Shown: in pieces, positions 22,799 through 35,421 of the stretch
How positions within the stretch are numbered: position 1 is the stretch's first letter
How the letters are laid out: every line of letters starts with the position of its first letter
Assembly: GCF_001194135.2 (NCBI RefSeq)
Contig: NC_068993.1
Location: 43,187,652 to 43,234,078, forward strand
DNA: 46,427 nucleotides
Reading direction: 5' to 3'
DNA from: Octopus bimaculoides
Taxonomy: Eukaryota
The notes under the pieces: model-generated
Told to the model about the DNA's origin: nothing
Seen by the model: only the letters and a program-made list of their open reading frames with translations
The model's database searches: none
Translations under genes and position numbers: made by a program

Positions 22799-24702
22799 GA
22801 ACTCTGACAAGTGAAGAGGCCCCTTTATGAACTTATCAGTGTGCATTAGGACCCATGGTGAAAGATTTTGAGCCAGTCAAGAAAATCTGCAACAAGACAT
22901 CAGACACATTCCAATGTCGTGATTTTTTTTTTACCATATTAAGTTTTAAATATATTCTGTAAATTATTGATTTACAAGCATTTGAACTTCGTACTACACT
23001 TGACATAAACGAATTATTGGTACAAAGTTAAGGTTATTTGTAAGTTAAAGAAAACTCTTTGTGTGTGTGTGTATGTGTGTGTTGTTGCTGTTGTTGCAAG
23101 ATCAGTGATGAGAACTCTATCAGAAATCCAGTAATATTACTAATAAAATTTACTCATCTCTGAAGATTTGACAATCCAATTGTATTATGTAATTTGCATT
23201 ATGTAACTGATAAACGTTCTTTGTTAATGGGATGTGCGTAAGATTATTCGAGTAAATATTTCACAATAGAAATCTCCTGTTTTGTATGGTTTTATGAACA
23301 TACATGTGTGTATGTATGTATATTATGTATCTATGAATATATGTATACAAACTATTGCTTACCATGTTTTATCAATCATACTTGTGTATAACAAAGCTAC
23401 AAATAGCGCGTTTTCCAAAATGCTGAAGAATTGATATAAATTTTCTAAAACCTTTAAAATCTGTGGCATGGGTAGATACTCTTTTTTGACGCACTGCTTG
23501 AGAAGCACTTCTCTAATACTTAAGAAATGTATAAGCGCTGAGATATATGAGAAGTTGCTCCGATATCGAAACCAACTTTATGGTTAAATGTTCATAAAAT
23601 CAAGAACTTGTACGATTTATTTGTCTCTGTTATCTTCTATTTCAGACGCTAGAAATTGGAAAAAGAATTCTTGAAACATAGTTATACATTATGATGATGA
23701 TTGTTATAAATCTGCGACTAAATTTTGCTACCATTTACATATATTTCAAATTAAATCTGTACAAAACTTTATTTAATTTAAACGAAAACCAAAATGAAAA
23801 CAAACCGCAAAACACAATCCCCCAAAGAAAACCATGTGTCAGAATTTATATGAGTTCTTTCAATAATTTTAATGACCCATATGTGAAAACTATTCCCAAT
23901 GTAATGTCAGGGAAAAATTCATTTCCGTTCGCGAATTTTCAACCAATAGTAATTTACTTTTGATAGCAAACAAAACGTCAAGATTTTACAGACGTAATGT
24001 TTTTATTTTGCGCTATTCGATGTTTCATTACAACTATTGAACTTCAATTTCGTTCTTTTTCCTGTGACTTTTTTTTATAATCGAAGGAAATTTATTGTAA
24101 ATTCGTTACAAATTCTTTGTAATCTATAGAAATAGGAGAATGCTTGGTTTTAGTGATAATTTCGAATGATAAATTTGGTTTTTACAAGCATAATTGTTCC
24201 CTATTCTTATTCAAATTTGGAAGGAAGAAAAAAAATCGGAAAATTCTGGCAAAATGAAACTACCTTGGAGTAAAATTATTAGATTCTTTCATACGCTTCA
24301 TTGTTATGGTAAGCGATGGAGTAATCCATAAGATCAACGTAAGATTAAAACAAAATTGAAATACATGGATTAACAAGCATCAGATAATTATTTGGTGGAG
24401 GGAGAAAAGAGAAAGGAGCAAAAATGGAATATTCAAATAACGTTTTCCATGTTCCAATAACTTTATCTGTTCATTTACAATGCTGACATAAATGCATGCA
24501 TGTGAGAGTGTGCGTGTATGTGTGTGTATAAGAATGCATGTGTGTAATGATAGATAAACAGATAGATATAGATATAAATATATATAGCAAATAAAGAACC
24601 ATTCGATGGAAATGTACGTAAAATAATTGAACAATTTATATCCATTCATTTTCACCTATTATTATTATATCTATATGTATATGCCTGTGCATGTGTGTGT
24701 AT

Positions 24703-24703
24703 G

Positions 24704-24772
<69 letters not shown>
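24703..24772. repeat. (GATA)n microsatellite
   Basis: Direct reading. Confidence 0.97.
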
Positions 24773-24773
<1 letters not shown>

Positions 24774-25354
24774 CAAACATGGCTGTTCATATAACAGATA
24801 TACAAACACGTATACATGTATGTATATTTTAACACGAGCGCATGTTCATGCAGACCGGGGGCGGTTCTGTACTGGAGCATACAGTATATATGCAATCACT
24901 TAATTTTAGATTTGTTTCTTAATTTTTGACTCAACTTAACCGATAATTCACTGATTTTAAGTGGAATTATGGGTCAATCATGGCTCGAAATATAATCACC
25001 GAAAACAACCCACTTGAAATCCCATGTTTTTATCAGTTCCTTCAACACAGTCAATACGAGATTGATGTCTTCCAGTAAATTATTACAGAACTTCGACGAA
25101 CTAAAGTAAATATTTTTATTTTCTCTCATGATTTTTCCAAATTCATGCCTGGCTTATGTGTTCTTCCAAAAGCAGCAATATTTGTATATATGAGTTTTAT
25201 AGATGTGTTACTTATAATTCTTGAGTCAAAATTTTTCACATTTCACATTTCACATATTTAAAGGTGACGAGATGCATTGGAATTATTCCATAAATTTACC
25301 GTTTCTAATAATTGCATATTTTCTAATCTTATTTTAATGTTAAGACGTTTAGTT

Positions 25355-25538
25355 TTTGGCAGAATAGTTAGGTCGTTGGTTATATGTTTTGCGGTATTTG
25401 TTATAGTTCTTTTACTTCCTAAGTTCAAATCCCACTGAGATCAATTTTGTCTTTCATCGTTCTTGGGCCAATGTAACAAAGTACCAATCGAGTACTGGTG
25501 TTGACAGTATTGACTAATCCTTCATCCCCTCAAAATTC
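25355..25538 (+). mobile_element. SINE family A, old copy
   Basis: tggcagaatagttagg...aagttcaaatcccactgagatcaattttgtctttcatc...aagtaccaatcgagtactgg. Confidence 0.65.
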
Positions 25539-25692
25539 GCCCGTCGTTGCGTTCTGAGTTCAAATTCTCCCGAGATCGACTTAGTCTTTCATTCTTTCAG
25601 AATCGATAAAATAAGTACCAGTTGAGCACTGGGGTCGATGTAACCGACTACCCCTCCCTCAAAGTAGCTGGCCTTGTGCCAAAATTTGAAAT
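25539..25692 (+). mobile_element. SINE family A, 5'-truncated copy directly downstream of the previous one
   Basis: cgttctgagttcaaattctcccgagatcgac...gataaaataagtaccagttgagcactggggtcgatg...gccttgtgccaaaatttgaa. Confidence 0.85.
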
Positions 25693-25921
25693 CATCATCA
25701 TTATTGTTGTTGTTGCTGTTGTTTTTTGTTGTTGTTGTTGTTGTTTCAAATCTTCCCACAGTTTTATGCTATCCTGCACATTCTTTATATTATTTCTCAA
25801 ATTATCCAATCAGAAAGAGGAATCCATTAATGAGCGGACCACCAGATGACACTTAGTTTGAACTGTTCCACAGTTACAGAAAGGGAATTCCACATTAGGT
25901 CCTCATTTTACACTGGTATCA

Positions 25922-25960
25922 CTGATTAGACCAAATCCAATGAGGATTTGGTCTAATCAG
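25922..25960. repeat. Perfect 17-bp inverted repeat with a 5-nt loop
   Basis: CTGATTAGACCAAATCC-aatga-GGATTTGGTCTAATCAG. Confidence 0.95.
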
Positions 25961-26596
25961 AGGCATTTCCATCCTCTCTCTATTTAAATTCCAAACGCTT
26001 TGAAAATATTTCTGCTTGTTCCATTATGAAAATGCTTTCTTATTTTCGCTTACATAAATGAAAATATCTACTAAAACATTGAAAATTCTGAAATTATTGG
26101 TGGTATGTGCTGCTATAATTTAATCATATGAAATTTGATAAATTAGATTAATGTTGTGTCATGTGATTTATAAATATATACCGTTATCTGAATACCAAAT
26201 TTGCGATGTTGGTGATTTACTAGAAGGAAAAGTAATTAGATGACGAAGAAAAGATAGCTTTTTCCCTACTATGATCATAAAACTTAATATCTTAATCCCT
26301 ACTTCTATGACCCCTCTGATTAATAATAATGATTTATTTCATAAGCAAAAAGCTATGTTACCAAGGAAAAACTTTTAGCAGACCTATACAATTTTTACTA
26401 TTTCTACAGTACCTTGCTTTGGTGATGGAGTTTGATGCCGTAGCCTTCAACTACGTTTCATGCTGTGATACGTTGGCTCCTCTAGAAATCAGGATAGTAA
26501 AGTAGCTAGAAGTTCTTATTCAATATATCTACATGAATTTCATGTTGAATTTTCAATTTCTTTGACAAGATACTGGAAAGTGGTGAGCTTAGAACC

Positions 26597-26876
26597 TGTT
26601 GTGTCGACGCCCCGAGGCGAAGAAGTGGGATCTCCCAAGACATATAAATAGAGGTAGTCTGGCCGTGGTAGGAACGTTGAGTAGCAGTTGAGTAGCAGTC
26701 GAGCAGCAGTTGTGTAGCGGTTGAGTAGAGATCATCCGAAGGTGCTAGATAGCAGTAGCTTGAGACATAACAGAACCCTAGGATATTACAGTATGTAGTA
26801 TTGGTTTTTGATGGGTAGAAAGTAGACAAGTGAGTGCGTTGTCAATCTTTGAAGAATAAATTTCATAATGGATACA
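26597..26876 (+). mobile_element. Probable solo LTR
   Basis: TGT...ACA ends, TATAAA at 26643, five 11-bp TTGAGTAGCAG-type repeats at 26677-26730, AATAAA at 26855; GC-richer than its flanks. No clear TSD found. Confidence 0.45.
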
Positions 26877-27204
26877 ATGGAATTTGCATAGATATGGAAA
26901 AAAATTATTCAATCAAGCACACAATAAGCCGTTACTAATTAAATATGCTGATCGATTCAGTATATTTGAAGAATTCGAACCTGGAACACGGAAGGATCGG
27001 AGAAAGTTATTTTTGCACACATCTGCAGAATTCTCTTTCGAAAATTGTCACTAACTTCTTGATATTAAAACCATAACGTTTTCTACCGTAGGCATTAGTA
27101 TATTATGGTAATTGTATCATTCTCAGAATTCCTCCCCTCTGTAGAATAATATTCGGAAAATAATTCTTTGTTACAAATACGGGCGCTTTATTATGATACT
27201 TTAT

Positions 27205-27320
27205 TCTTGTCGACGGAAAGCAAAGTCAAGTCCAGTGACATTTGACCTCAGAACGTAGAGCAACAAGAAATGCCGCCGAGAATTTGTCTAGCATGCTAAA
27301 GTTGCAGAAAGCTCACCGCC
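27205..27320 (-). mobile_element. SINE family A, old 5' portion
   Basis: aagcaaagtcaag...tttgacctcagaacgtag...gaaatgccgcc...agctcaccgcc. Confidence 0.6.
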
Positions 27321-27339
27321 TTAATATTCAGCAAATAAT

Positions 27340-27514
27340 GATTTTAAATTCTGGCACAAGGCCAGCAATTTCAGGGGAAGGGTAAGTCGATTATATCGAC
27401 CTCGGTACTCAACTGGTACTTATTTTATCAACCCTGAAATGATGAAAGGCAAAGTTGACCTCGATGGAATTTTAACTAAGAACGTGAAAACGGACGAAAT
27501 GCCACCTCACCACC
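27340..27514 (-). mobile_element. SINE family A with a 19-bp TSD and a deletion in the head
   Basis: TSD TTAATATTCAGCAAATAAT (27321-27339) and TTAATATTCATCAAATAAT (27515-27533); about 35 bp missing between gaaatgcc and ctcacc. Confidence 0.88.
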
Positions 27515-29406
27515 TTAATATTCATCAAATAATATCTAGCAGAAAGGAATCGGCACACTCAGATAAACTTTGGAAATCAAAGAAAATAAAGAGCTTTCCT
27601 TGCAATTAATGTACTGGCATTTAATTATCCATATTTACCATTAATAGCAACGTTTATCTGCCAATATTTGTTTTTCAATAACTTGTTTTAATACAGTGAT
27701 ATGGATGAAAGAAAAATATTAAAATGATATTTGTTTCTTCGCGTCAGTAAACTAAAATATGCAACGGCAAGAGAATAACATGAATCTCGGCTTAATTCTG
27801 ATGTTATCTTTCATGGAATAATACAAAAGTATTATCTTAATTCTGTTTATCTTTATCCCTTGACATTTTGCTGACTTCAACTGTCAGCCGAAATCCCTAA
27901 GAGTGTTTTTGGATTCTATACAAGAATTACTTCACCTTTCTAATAATCTTTTGTGAGCACCAACAAACTGACAGGAGCATGTAAGCCAACTTCGATTAAT
28001 CATTGCTGGTAATATCGTTAGATCTTCTTAAGGTAAACTGCTTTCGTTGATCTCGCTAACATGTTCATACAAAATCGATCTCATGTCCGACCGATCAAAA
28101 GAAAGGTTAATATGATTGATTAGCACATAATTTAAACTCTACAAATCATTAATTTGTTCTGGTGAATGTCTTAAATAAATACAATAATAGCGACAGACAT
28201 AACACAAGTGGTAACAAAGCATGAAATTATTCATGTTTGCACTGTTTATCATTTTAACTTAGAATTCTTTATGAAATTTACCAACATTCTAAATTCAAGC
28301 GAAACACTTCCAGCATATCGGCAATGGGTTGGAGGAATCAGAGACACGTATTAGCTTAGAACAATCAAAGTAGTTTTAAACTTGGTTTGTATTTATCAAA
28401 TATATTCGCCAACCAGAGCAAGAGCATTACAGAAAGAAGATTTGATTGTTAGTGACTTTCTCCTTTCACATATCTTAAAAATAACAAACTAATTTCTTTC
28501 GATGTTATTAGCACAAAAATCACATTATAAATTTAAGCGAAAAATATACCTCCTGAGAAAGCTTAACCAAGCAAATCGGTTGCTTATCATATCAGATCAG
28601 AAACTTTCCGCTGCTATCTTTTCCGACATGAAGCGTCTTCACTTTCATAGACGTTTCATAAGGAAACAACATTTAAAGCTGTTTGTTCTTAGCTTATGTT
28701 TCTTTCGTTCCAAAATACTAGAATAAAGTTGTGTGTGTGTGTGTTTGTGTTCGTGCGTGTGTGTGTATGTATATATATGTGTGCTTATATATNNNNNNNN
28801 NNNNNNNNNNNNNNNNNNNNNNNNNNNNNNNNNNNNNNNNNNNNNNNNNNNNNNNNNNNNNNNNNNNNNNNNNNNNNNNNNNNNNNNNNNNNNNNNNNNN
28901 NNNNNNNNNNNNNNNNNNNNNNNNNNNNNNNNNNNNNNNNNNNNNNNNNNNNNNNNNNNNNNNNNNNNNNNNNNNNNNNNNNNNNNNNNNNNNNNNNNNN
29001 NNNNNNNNNNNNNNNNNNNNNNNNNNNNNNNNNNNNNNNNNNNNNNNNNNNNNNNNNNNNNNNNNNNNNNNNNNNNNNNNNNNNNNNNNNNNNNNNNNNN
29101 NNNNNNNNNNNNNNNNNNNNNNNNNNNNNNNNNNNNNNNNNNNNNNNNNNNNNNNNNNNNNNNNNNNNNNNNNNNNNNNNNNNNNNNNNNNNNNNNNNNN
29201 NNNNNNNNNNNNNNNNNNNNNNNNNNNNNNNNNNNNNNNNNNNNNNNNNNNNNNNNNNNNNNNNNNNNNNNNNNNNNNNNNNNNNNNNNNNNNNNNNNNN
29301 NNNNNNNNNNNNNNNNNNNNNNNNNNNNNNNNNNNNNNNNNNNNNNNNNNNNNNNNNNNNNNNNNNNNNNNNNNNNNNNNNNNNNNNNNNNNNNNNNNNN
29401 NNNNNN

Positions 29407-29462
<56 letters not shown>
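29407..29462. repeat. (GTA)n microsatellite abutting a gap
   Basis: Direct reading. Confidence 0.95.
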
Positions 29463-29499
29463 TTCAGGCTGAGCCCTCGGTATCATTAGGCTCACCGAC

Positions 29500-29850
29500 A
29501 TCTGACAAATTAAGGAAACATTAATATCTTCAATCACACGGTTCAGTTTTTGTTGTGGTGTGATGGCAAAGTTACAGAAGAAACCATAGCAACTCAAAAC
29601 CAACAAGACCTGGCAGAGGAAGGCCCACCCTCAGGGAAACATACGACACGTCAGGGCCTAACCTGGAACTCACAAAAATGACGGATGAGAGAACGCCCTA
29701 CAAATAACTGGACGCAGAATACTGGGTTACAGCTGAAAAGGCAGGGATCCAACAGGAAATAAGTAGAAATCGCAGCTGAGAACCGAGAACAGTGGAGAAA
29801 ATTCGATGGTCTATACTCCATAGAGAGCAAAAGGCTTAAGTAAATAAGTA
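29500..29850 (+). mobile_element. RTE-clade LINE 3' fragment (distinct from the 18585 element)
   Basis: IFNHTVQFLLW..KVTEET, TTRQGLTWNSQ...RERP...W, AAENREQWRKFDGLYSIESKRLK* versus RTE IFNSNVKSVLLYGxETW...ITRQALTWNPQGKRxRGRP...AQDRxxWRxxVxGLCS; (TAAG/TAAA) tail. Confidence 0.75.
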
Positions 29851-30082
29851 TATTAATAACTACAAGATAAAGAAACAGGATAAGAGGATTAAAATAAAGG
29901 TAAACTTTACCAACACTTGGGCATGAGTGAACTAAGAGGGTAAAATAAGCATATGAAAAATAGTTTTGGAAAAATATATTATAGCTTCATTAACAATTTT
30001 TAAAACAGATATAAATTCTGAAATATCTGTAAAATAATATGTATAGACACAGCAATGTGATTTAAAAAAAACTCTCCTTGAA

Positions 30083-30580
30083 GTCACATGGTTTCGGGTT
30101 CAGGCACGTAAGTGAATTTGGTAGACAGAAACTGTGTGGAAACCCGGTGAGCTAGCAGAAACGTTAGCACGCCGGGCGAAATGCTTTGCAGTATTTCGTC
30201 TGCTGTTACGTTCTGAGTTCAAATTCTGCCGAGGTCGACTTTGCCTTTCATCCTTTCGGGGTCGATAAATTAAGTACCAGTTATGCACTGGGGTCGATGT
30301 AATCGATTTAGTCCCTGTGTCTGTCCTTGTTTGTCCCTTCTATGATTAGCCCCTTGTGTGCAATAAAGAAATAGGAAACTGTGTGGAAGCCTGTCATGTA
30401 TGTACGTGTATGTGTTTCTCTGTGTTTGTCCCCCTCCACACCGCTTTACAGTTTGTATTGGTCTGTATCACCGATAGACTTAGAAAATAAATGCTGGGGT
30501 CGATTTGTTCTGGTAAACTTTCGATGTATGCACCCTGGATGGTCGCCGTCCAATAACTGGAACAAGTAAAAGGTAAAAGA
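30083..30580 (+). mobile_element. SINE family B (host of a nested insertion)
   Basis: gtcacatggtttcgggttcag...gaatttggtagacagaaactgtgtggaa [insert] ...gctggggtcgatttgttc...aactggaacaagtaaaagg. Confidence 0.75.
30145..30374 (+). mobile_element. SINE family A variant (alternative 3' tail) nested in family B, with TSD
   Basis: TSD GAAACTGTGTGGAA at 30128-30141 and 30375-30388; near-consensus core gtcgactttgcctttcatcctttcggggtcgataaattaagtaccag. Confidence 0.92.
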
Positions 30581-31564
30581 AAATGAATACTCCAGTAATC
30601 TTAGTAATAAGTTGTAAATGAGCTGGTAAGCTAACTCAGAAAGCAAGAAGAATAATAACTGCGTTTGGAACAGTCTAGCCAAAATTTGACGTAGAAAAAA
30701 TTATATTTGCCACCGATACAGAAAGTTGGGGCCTCATACAAGAGAATGATGATAAAATATCTTCTATAAAATTCTATCGGAAAGACCGTCCTCGTCTGTT
30801 GTCTATGGTAGAAGAGGTTGTGTCGAATGCAACAAAAAGGACTAGAGATTGATTCTTTCCTCTTCGGTTCTTCGACTAAACACTGAACAGTTGTGAATTC
30901 TACTTGGAGAGAAAAGTGAGGAGAGAGAGGATGCTAGTCTCCAGTAGATTTGTTCAAATAACAATAGGAAAGTAATATGATTAGCTACGAAACGCAGATA
31001 AGACAAATACTTTTTCCTAAGTTCAATGAAGCCAACAAACACTAAAGTGAGACTAACCTGGTTGACAGTTGTGAGGAAAAAAGAAAAAAATAGCAACAGA
31101 AATAGTGAGGAAGCCAAAAACTAAGCTAAGCGAAAATGCCAAGTTGAAACGAATTTAGGGGATTATGTCTTAAATATCTTAAGAGGTGATGGGTCAACGA
31201 TCTCTAAAAACACAGATGGATACACTCTGAACAACATGTAAATATATATATATATATATATANNNNNNNNNNNNNNNNNNNNNNNNNNNNNNNNNNNNNN
31301 NNNNNNNNNNNNNNNNNNNNNNNNNNNNNNNNNNNNNNNNNNNNNNNNNNNNNNNNNNNNNNNNNNNNNNNNNNNNNNNNNNNNNNNNNNNNNNNNNNNN
31401 NNNNNNNNNNNNNNNNNNNNNNNNNNNNNNNNNNNNNNNNNNNNNNNNNNNNNNNNNNNNNNNNNNNNNNNNNNNNNNNNNNNNNNNNNNNNNNNNNNNN
31501 NNNNNNNNNNNATATGTATATATATATATATATACATACATACATACATACATACATACATACA

Positions 31565-31619
<55 letters not shown>

Positions 31620-31810
31620 GTAGATCCATATACACAAGTGTGTTGGGAAGTAAACTAACAGAGTAATCTTCAGAACGATTCATGATAGTCCAAAACAGTG
31701 AGTATATTCCTTTGCACTAGATGTCCCGGTCTTACAGACTCTTTACCGCGTTGTCTTCATACTCTACTCATACACTATTTCATATTTTTCTTTTTGTGAC
31801 TATGTAACTA

Positions 31811-32230
31811 TAGGGTGCAATAGGTACTTGTTAATTTAATGAAACCATATGTATTTCAATAAAAAAATATGTGCACGTGTTCACGATAAGCTTTCATATA
31901 AAGAATCCGCCTTCAGCTTTGATAACTGCCATAATGCACGACCGTAACCGTTGACGGGCTTGTACTAAATGGCTTTTATTCATTTCGGAGATCACCTGAA
32001 CATTGATGACCTTGAATGAAGTTATGGTATCGTGAGGATGTCAACTGGTCAATGCTCCAAACGTAGGAGTCCATGAGATTGAAATCTGGCGATATAAAGT
32101 TTGATGTTATATAATGGTGAAGATTGTCTGACATTCATTCTTGAGTAACCTAAGCATTGTGAGAAGGTTATGGGCTTTATGTACAAAAGATCTTGTAACA
32201 TTTCGAAGGCTGGCAATTTCTAAAACGCAT
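31811..32230 (-). mobile_element. maT/DD37D-type Tc1/mariner transposon, 3' remnant with one terminal repeat
   Basis: PSHNA*VTQE*MSDNLHHYITSNFISPDFNLMDSYVWSI.../VISEMNKSHLVQARQRLRSCIMAVIKAEGGFFI* matches APSHKA..TQEW...WPPxSPDLNPLDYYVW...LIRACxRFRxRIEAVIEAEGGFIE; end TA|TAGGGTG resembles TA|CAGGGTG. Confidence 0.75.
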
Positions 32231-32306
32231 GTCTTTTCATTTCTTGTGTTAGCATTTTATCTGCCATATATATGCTATGATAGAAACAGAAATCATTTAA
32301 TTGGTT

Positions 32307-32308
<2 letters not shown>

Positions 32309-32380
<72 letters not shown>
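32309..32380. repeat. (TA)n microsatellite
   Basis: Direct reading. Confidence 0.97.
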
Positions 32381-32381
<1 letters not shown>

Positions 32382-32797
32382 TGATAATTAAATGTTACCA
32401 AATACCCCTCACACCTGGTATATTGTGATATTCTTATCCTTATTTTCAATTGTTTTATTCAACACGTTAGCAAGTTGAATTAATTTGTTAAACTGTTTTA
32501 TCAATTATCTGCATTTGATTATAAATCGGAAACTTGGTGGACTGAACGGTTTTTTGTTTGTTTGTTTGCTTTTGTTTTGTTTTTGTTTTTGTTTTTTTGT
32601 TTTTTTTTTCTGCACGGTTCTTTGAATGTACCAAACAAAAAGATACAGAACTTCCGTTGAAAAACATGACCAAAATGTGATTAGAGTGGAATTTCCACAA
32701 GGACACATCGTCACCTTTGCTAAAGGGAGCAGAACTCAAACTGGACTGAATGCTTACAACATAGAAAAACCCTGCTGGAGACACCCAAGGTCCTCAT

Positions 32798-33030
32798 GAT
32801 GGTATTAAACTTGGCGATGGATTAAATCCGCTACTTACACAGACCATGTTGAGATCTGAACTCAGATCGTAAAGAACTGGAATAAATACGGTTTTAATGA
32901 TTCTGCCAGTCCACCACCCTAAAGGTGTATGTTATTTATCGGCCCGAAATGGCGAAAGACACAGTTGTCTTCAGAAGGAATTGAACTCAGGACGAAATCG
33001 AGGCATTTTGATCTACCTTCTTGCACTTCA
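32798..33030 (-). mobile_element. Two highly degraded SINE family A fragments in tandem
   Basis: gatctgaactcagatcgtaaag...gattctgccagtccaccaccct and atttatcggcccgaaatggcgaaagac...gaattgaactcagga. Confidence 0.5.
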
Positions 33031-33506
33031 GCCAACAAGTTGCCTCCAGTTCTGATGGACATATGTGAAAATATAATGATTTAGCTCAAATCATAATTGA
33101 ATGATTATCAATTTGCTACATTTACATAAAAACGAAAGGAAGGTGGGATGCTGTAATGTCCATGCCTATAAAGAGAGACAGCCAGTTGTAAATGTTAGGA
33201 TAAAAATGAAAACAACGCCTGACAATATTTAACAGATATGGAAGAAAATTAATAAGGTGAATATACAAATACATGTAGGCTCACACAGATGTAAATATAT
33301 AAATATGTAAAAATATATATACGTATGCATGTATATATGTATGTATGTATGTATGTAAACGGATGTTGTCGAAGGAGATATTTAAATTGTGAAGAAAATA
33401 TATGAATATGATAAATGCCAGTAAATTATATCTAGAGAGATTGACATTAAGAGAAAAGACTATATATATACATATATATATGTATGTATATATATATATA
33501 TATATA

Positions 33507-33546
<40 letters not shown>

Positions 33547-33823
33547 ATATTCACACATACATATTATATATAGTTATTTCTCTTAATGTCAAATATGTGT
33601 GTATATATGTATATATACGTATATGTGTGTGTGCGTCTGTGTGCGCGCCTCTGTGTGTGTATGTATATATGTATATATATTATATATATCTGTATGCTTC
33701 TTTGTGTACACGCGCGCGTGCATGTGTATGTATTAATATATATATATATCTGTGTGTGTATGTTTATGTATGTATATATGTATTGGCGGATAGGTGGGTG
33801 ATTCAATGGAAATATATGTAGGT

Positions 33824-33870
<47 letters not shown>
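33824..33870. repeat. (GATA)n microsatellite
   Basis: Direct reading. Confidence 0.95.
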
Positions 33871-33871
<1 letters not shown>

Positions 33872-35152
33872 AATAGGTATTCGGGAAGAGAGGGGGAGAG
33901 AAGGGGAGAGGGGTGGAAGTTCAAGTGAGAAATGACAGCAAATATTCATATAAAACATTCATTTTCACAATTTCTTGCAATTCTTTGTGTTTAGAAATAA
34001 AAGAATTATTGGGTTTACTTCAAAACTGATGTCTTCTTCGCAACAAAAGCATACGAAAAACAATGACTGTTCTTTCTCTTTTCAAATTTAGAATATAATG
34101 ACAAATCTTTGATTTATTTCTCGCTATATTTCTTCGACATTATTTCGGTAAGGGTTATTTATATGTAGATTTGTTCGTTCGTTTTCTTGTTGCTTTTCTA
34201 CTTTATCTATTTATTTATTTTATGGAATGATGGTTTTTTTTTTATTATTTCCTGTCCTTCCCTGAGATAATGAGTGTATCATCTCTCGTGTATGCAAAGC
34301 AAAGTGAAATGAATTTAAAGCAAGTCATTAGGACATAATATAGACCTGGAGAACAGTTGCGTTTTCTCTTTCCTTATTTCTTCTCATTTGCTTTTTCGGT
34401 TGTTTTTTGTTTTGTTTTTTGTTGCTGTTGTTTGTTTTTGTTTTTACAGCGGCTCAGCAAAGGATATAATTACCAACGATTCATGGCATTAGAGAATACT
34501 GTCACGTGACATAACATATTCTATAAAACCCATTTCGGACGATGTTATCTCACTGACTTTATACAGCATCAAATTACTCTGTAACTTTGAAGGACTTATG
34601 GCAATCATTTACATTTTCCTTAAAATTTATTTATTTATTTATTCATTTTCGTTTTCTCATTTCCCGTTTTCTTGGGAGGTTTTCGTTTTATAAATTTTAT
34701 TTCAAAATTCTTATCACTGCTTATTTCCAATCTCAGCCTTCCGTTCTGATTACTACAATTACTAATATCAAAAACATGTGAAATAATTTAAATTCACAAA
34801 AGTGATCCAACTGCATTTCGGCATAAAATAAAAGAATTTTATTCTTAAAATACACACGCAAAAATTCCCAAACCCTTACCATCCTCTGTTTTTCTTGAAG
34901 TTGGATTTATTAAACAGTTTTCATATAATCGCCATTCTTATTTATTGTTCATTAAGAAAACTCCACCTGTTCTTGGATTAGAGCAAGGTTTAATCAAATT
35001 CTAATAAGTATTCTTTACAGGGAGTCCATTCTCCTCAACTAGCTTTAGTTAAGCTAGGTTAATTCCTATCATTGGATGCGAAAGATTCTTTGGAACGGAT
35101 TCTATTGTATTTTTCACCTTTCCAATTTCGGTTTATGGAAAAGAAAAAGCAA

Positions 35153-35312
35153 TAGACGCAGGCATGGCTGTGGAGTTAAGAAGATCGATTCACAACCATG
35201 TGGTTTTGGGTTCAGTCCAACTGCACTGCACCTTCGGCATTCTCTTCTATATTATAGTCCCGCTTTGTGAGCGAATTTGGTAGATGGAAACTGTGTAGAA
35301 GCCCAAGGTGTT
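35153..35312 (+). mobile_element. SINE family B, 5' half
   Basis: gacgcaggcatggctgtggagttaagaag...gggttcagtccaactgcactgcaccttcggca...gaatttggtagatggaaactgtgtagaagccc. Confidence 0.85.
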
Positions 35313-35349
35313 TGTGTATATATATATCTATATATACATACATACATAC

Positions 35350-35350
<1 letters not shown>

Positions 35351-35420
<70 letters not shown>
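35351..35420. repeat. (GATA)n microsatellite
   Basis: Direct reading. Confidence 0.95.

Positions 35421-35421
<1 letters not shown>

Noticed and set aside
23646-23682. Plus-strand acceptor TTTCAG|ACG CTA GAA... as partner of the 17342 exon
   Set aside because: Stop after 11 codons and no independent evidence
27800-28720. Possible old retroelement coding remnant
   Set aside because: No diagnostic motif recovered in any frame
30590-31240. Possible degraded L2/CR1 fragment on the minus strand
   Set aside because: Composition is suggestive but no RT or endonuclease motif could be read
32626-32799. About 57-aa plus-strand ORF MYQTKRYRTSVEKHDQNVIRVEFPQGHIVTFAKG...
   Set aside because: Unrecognised, short, no clear splice boundaries; within chance expectation
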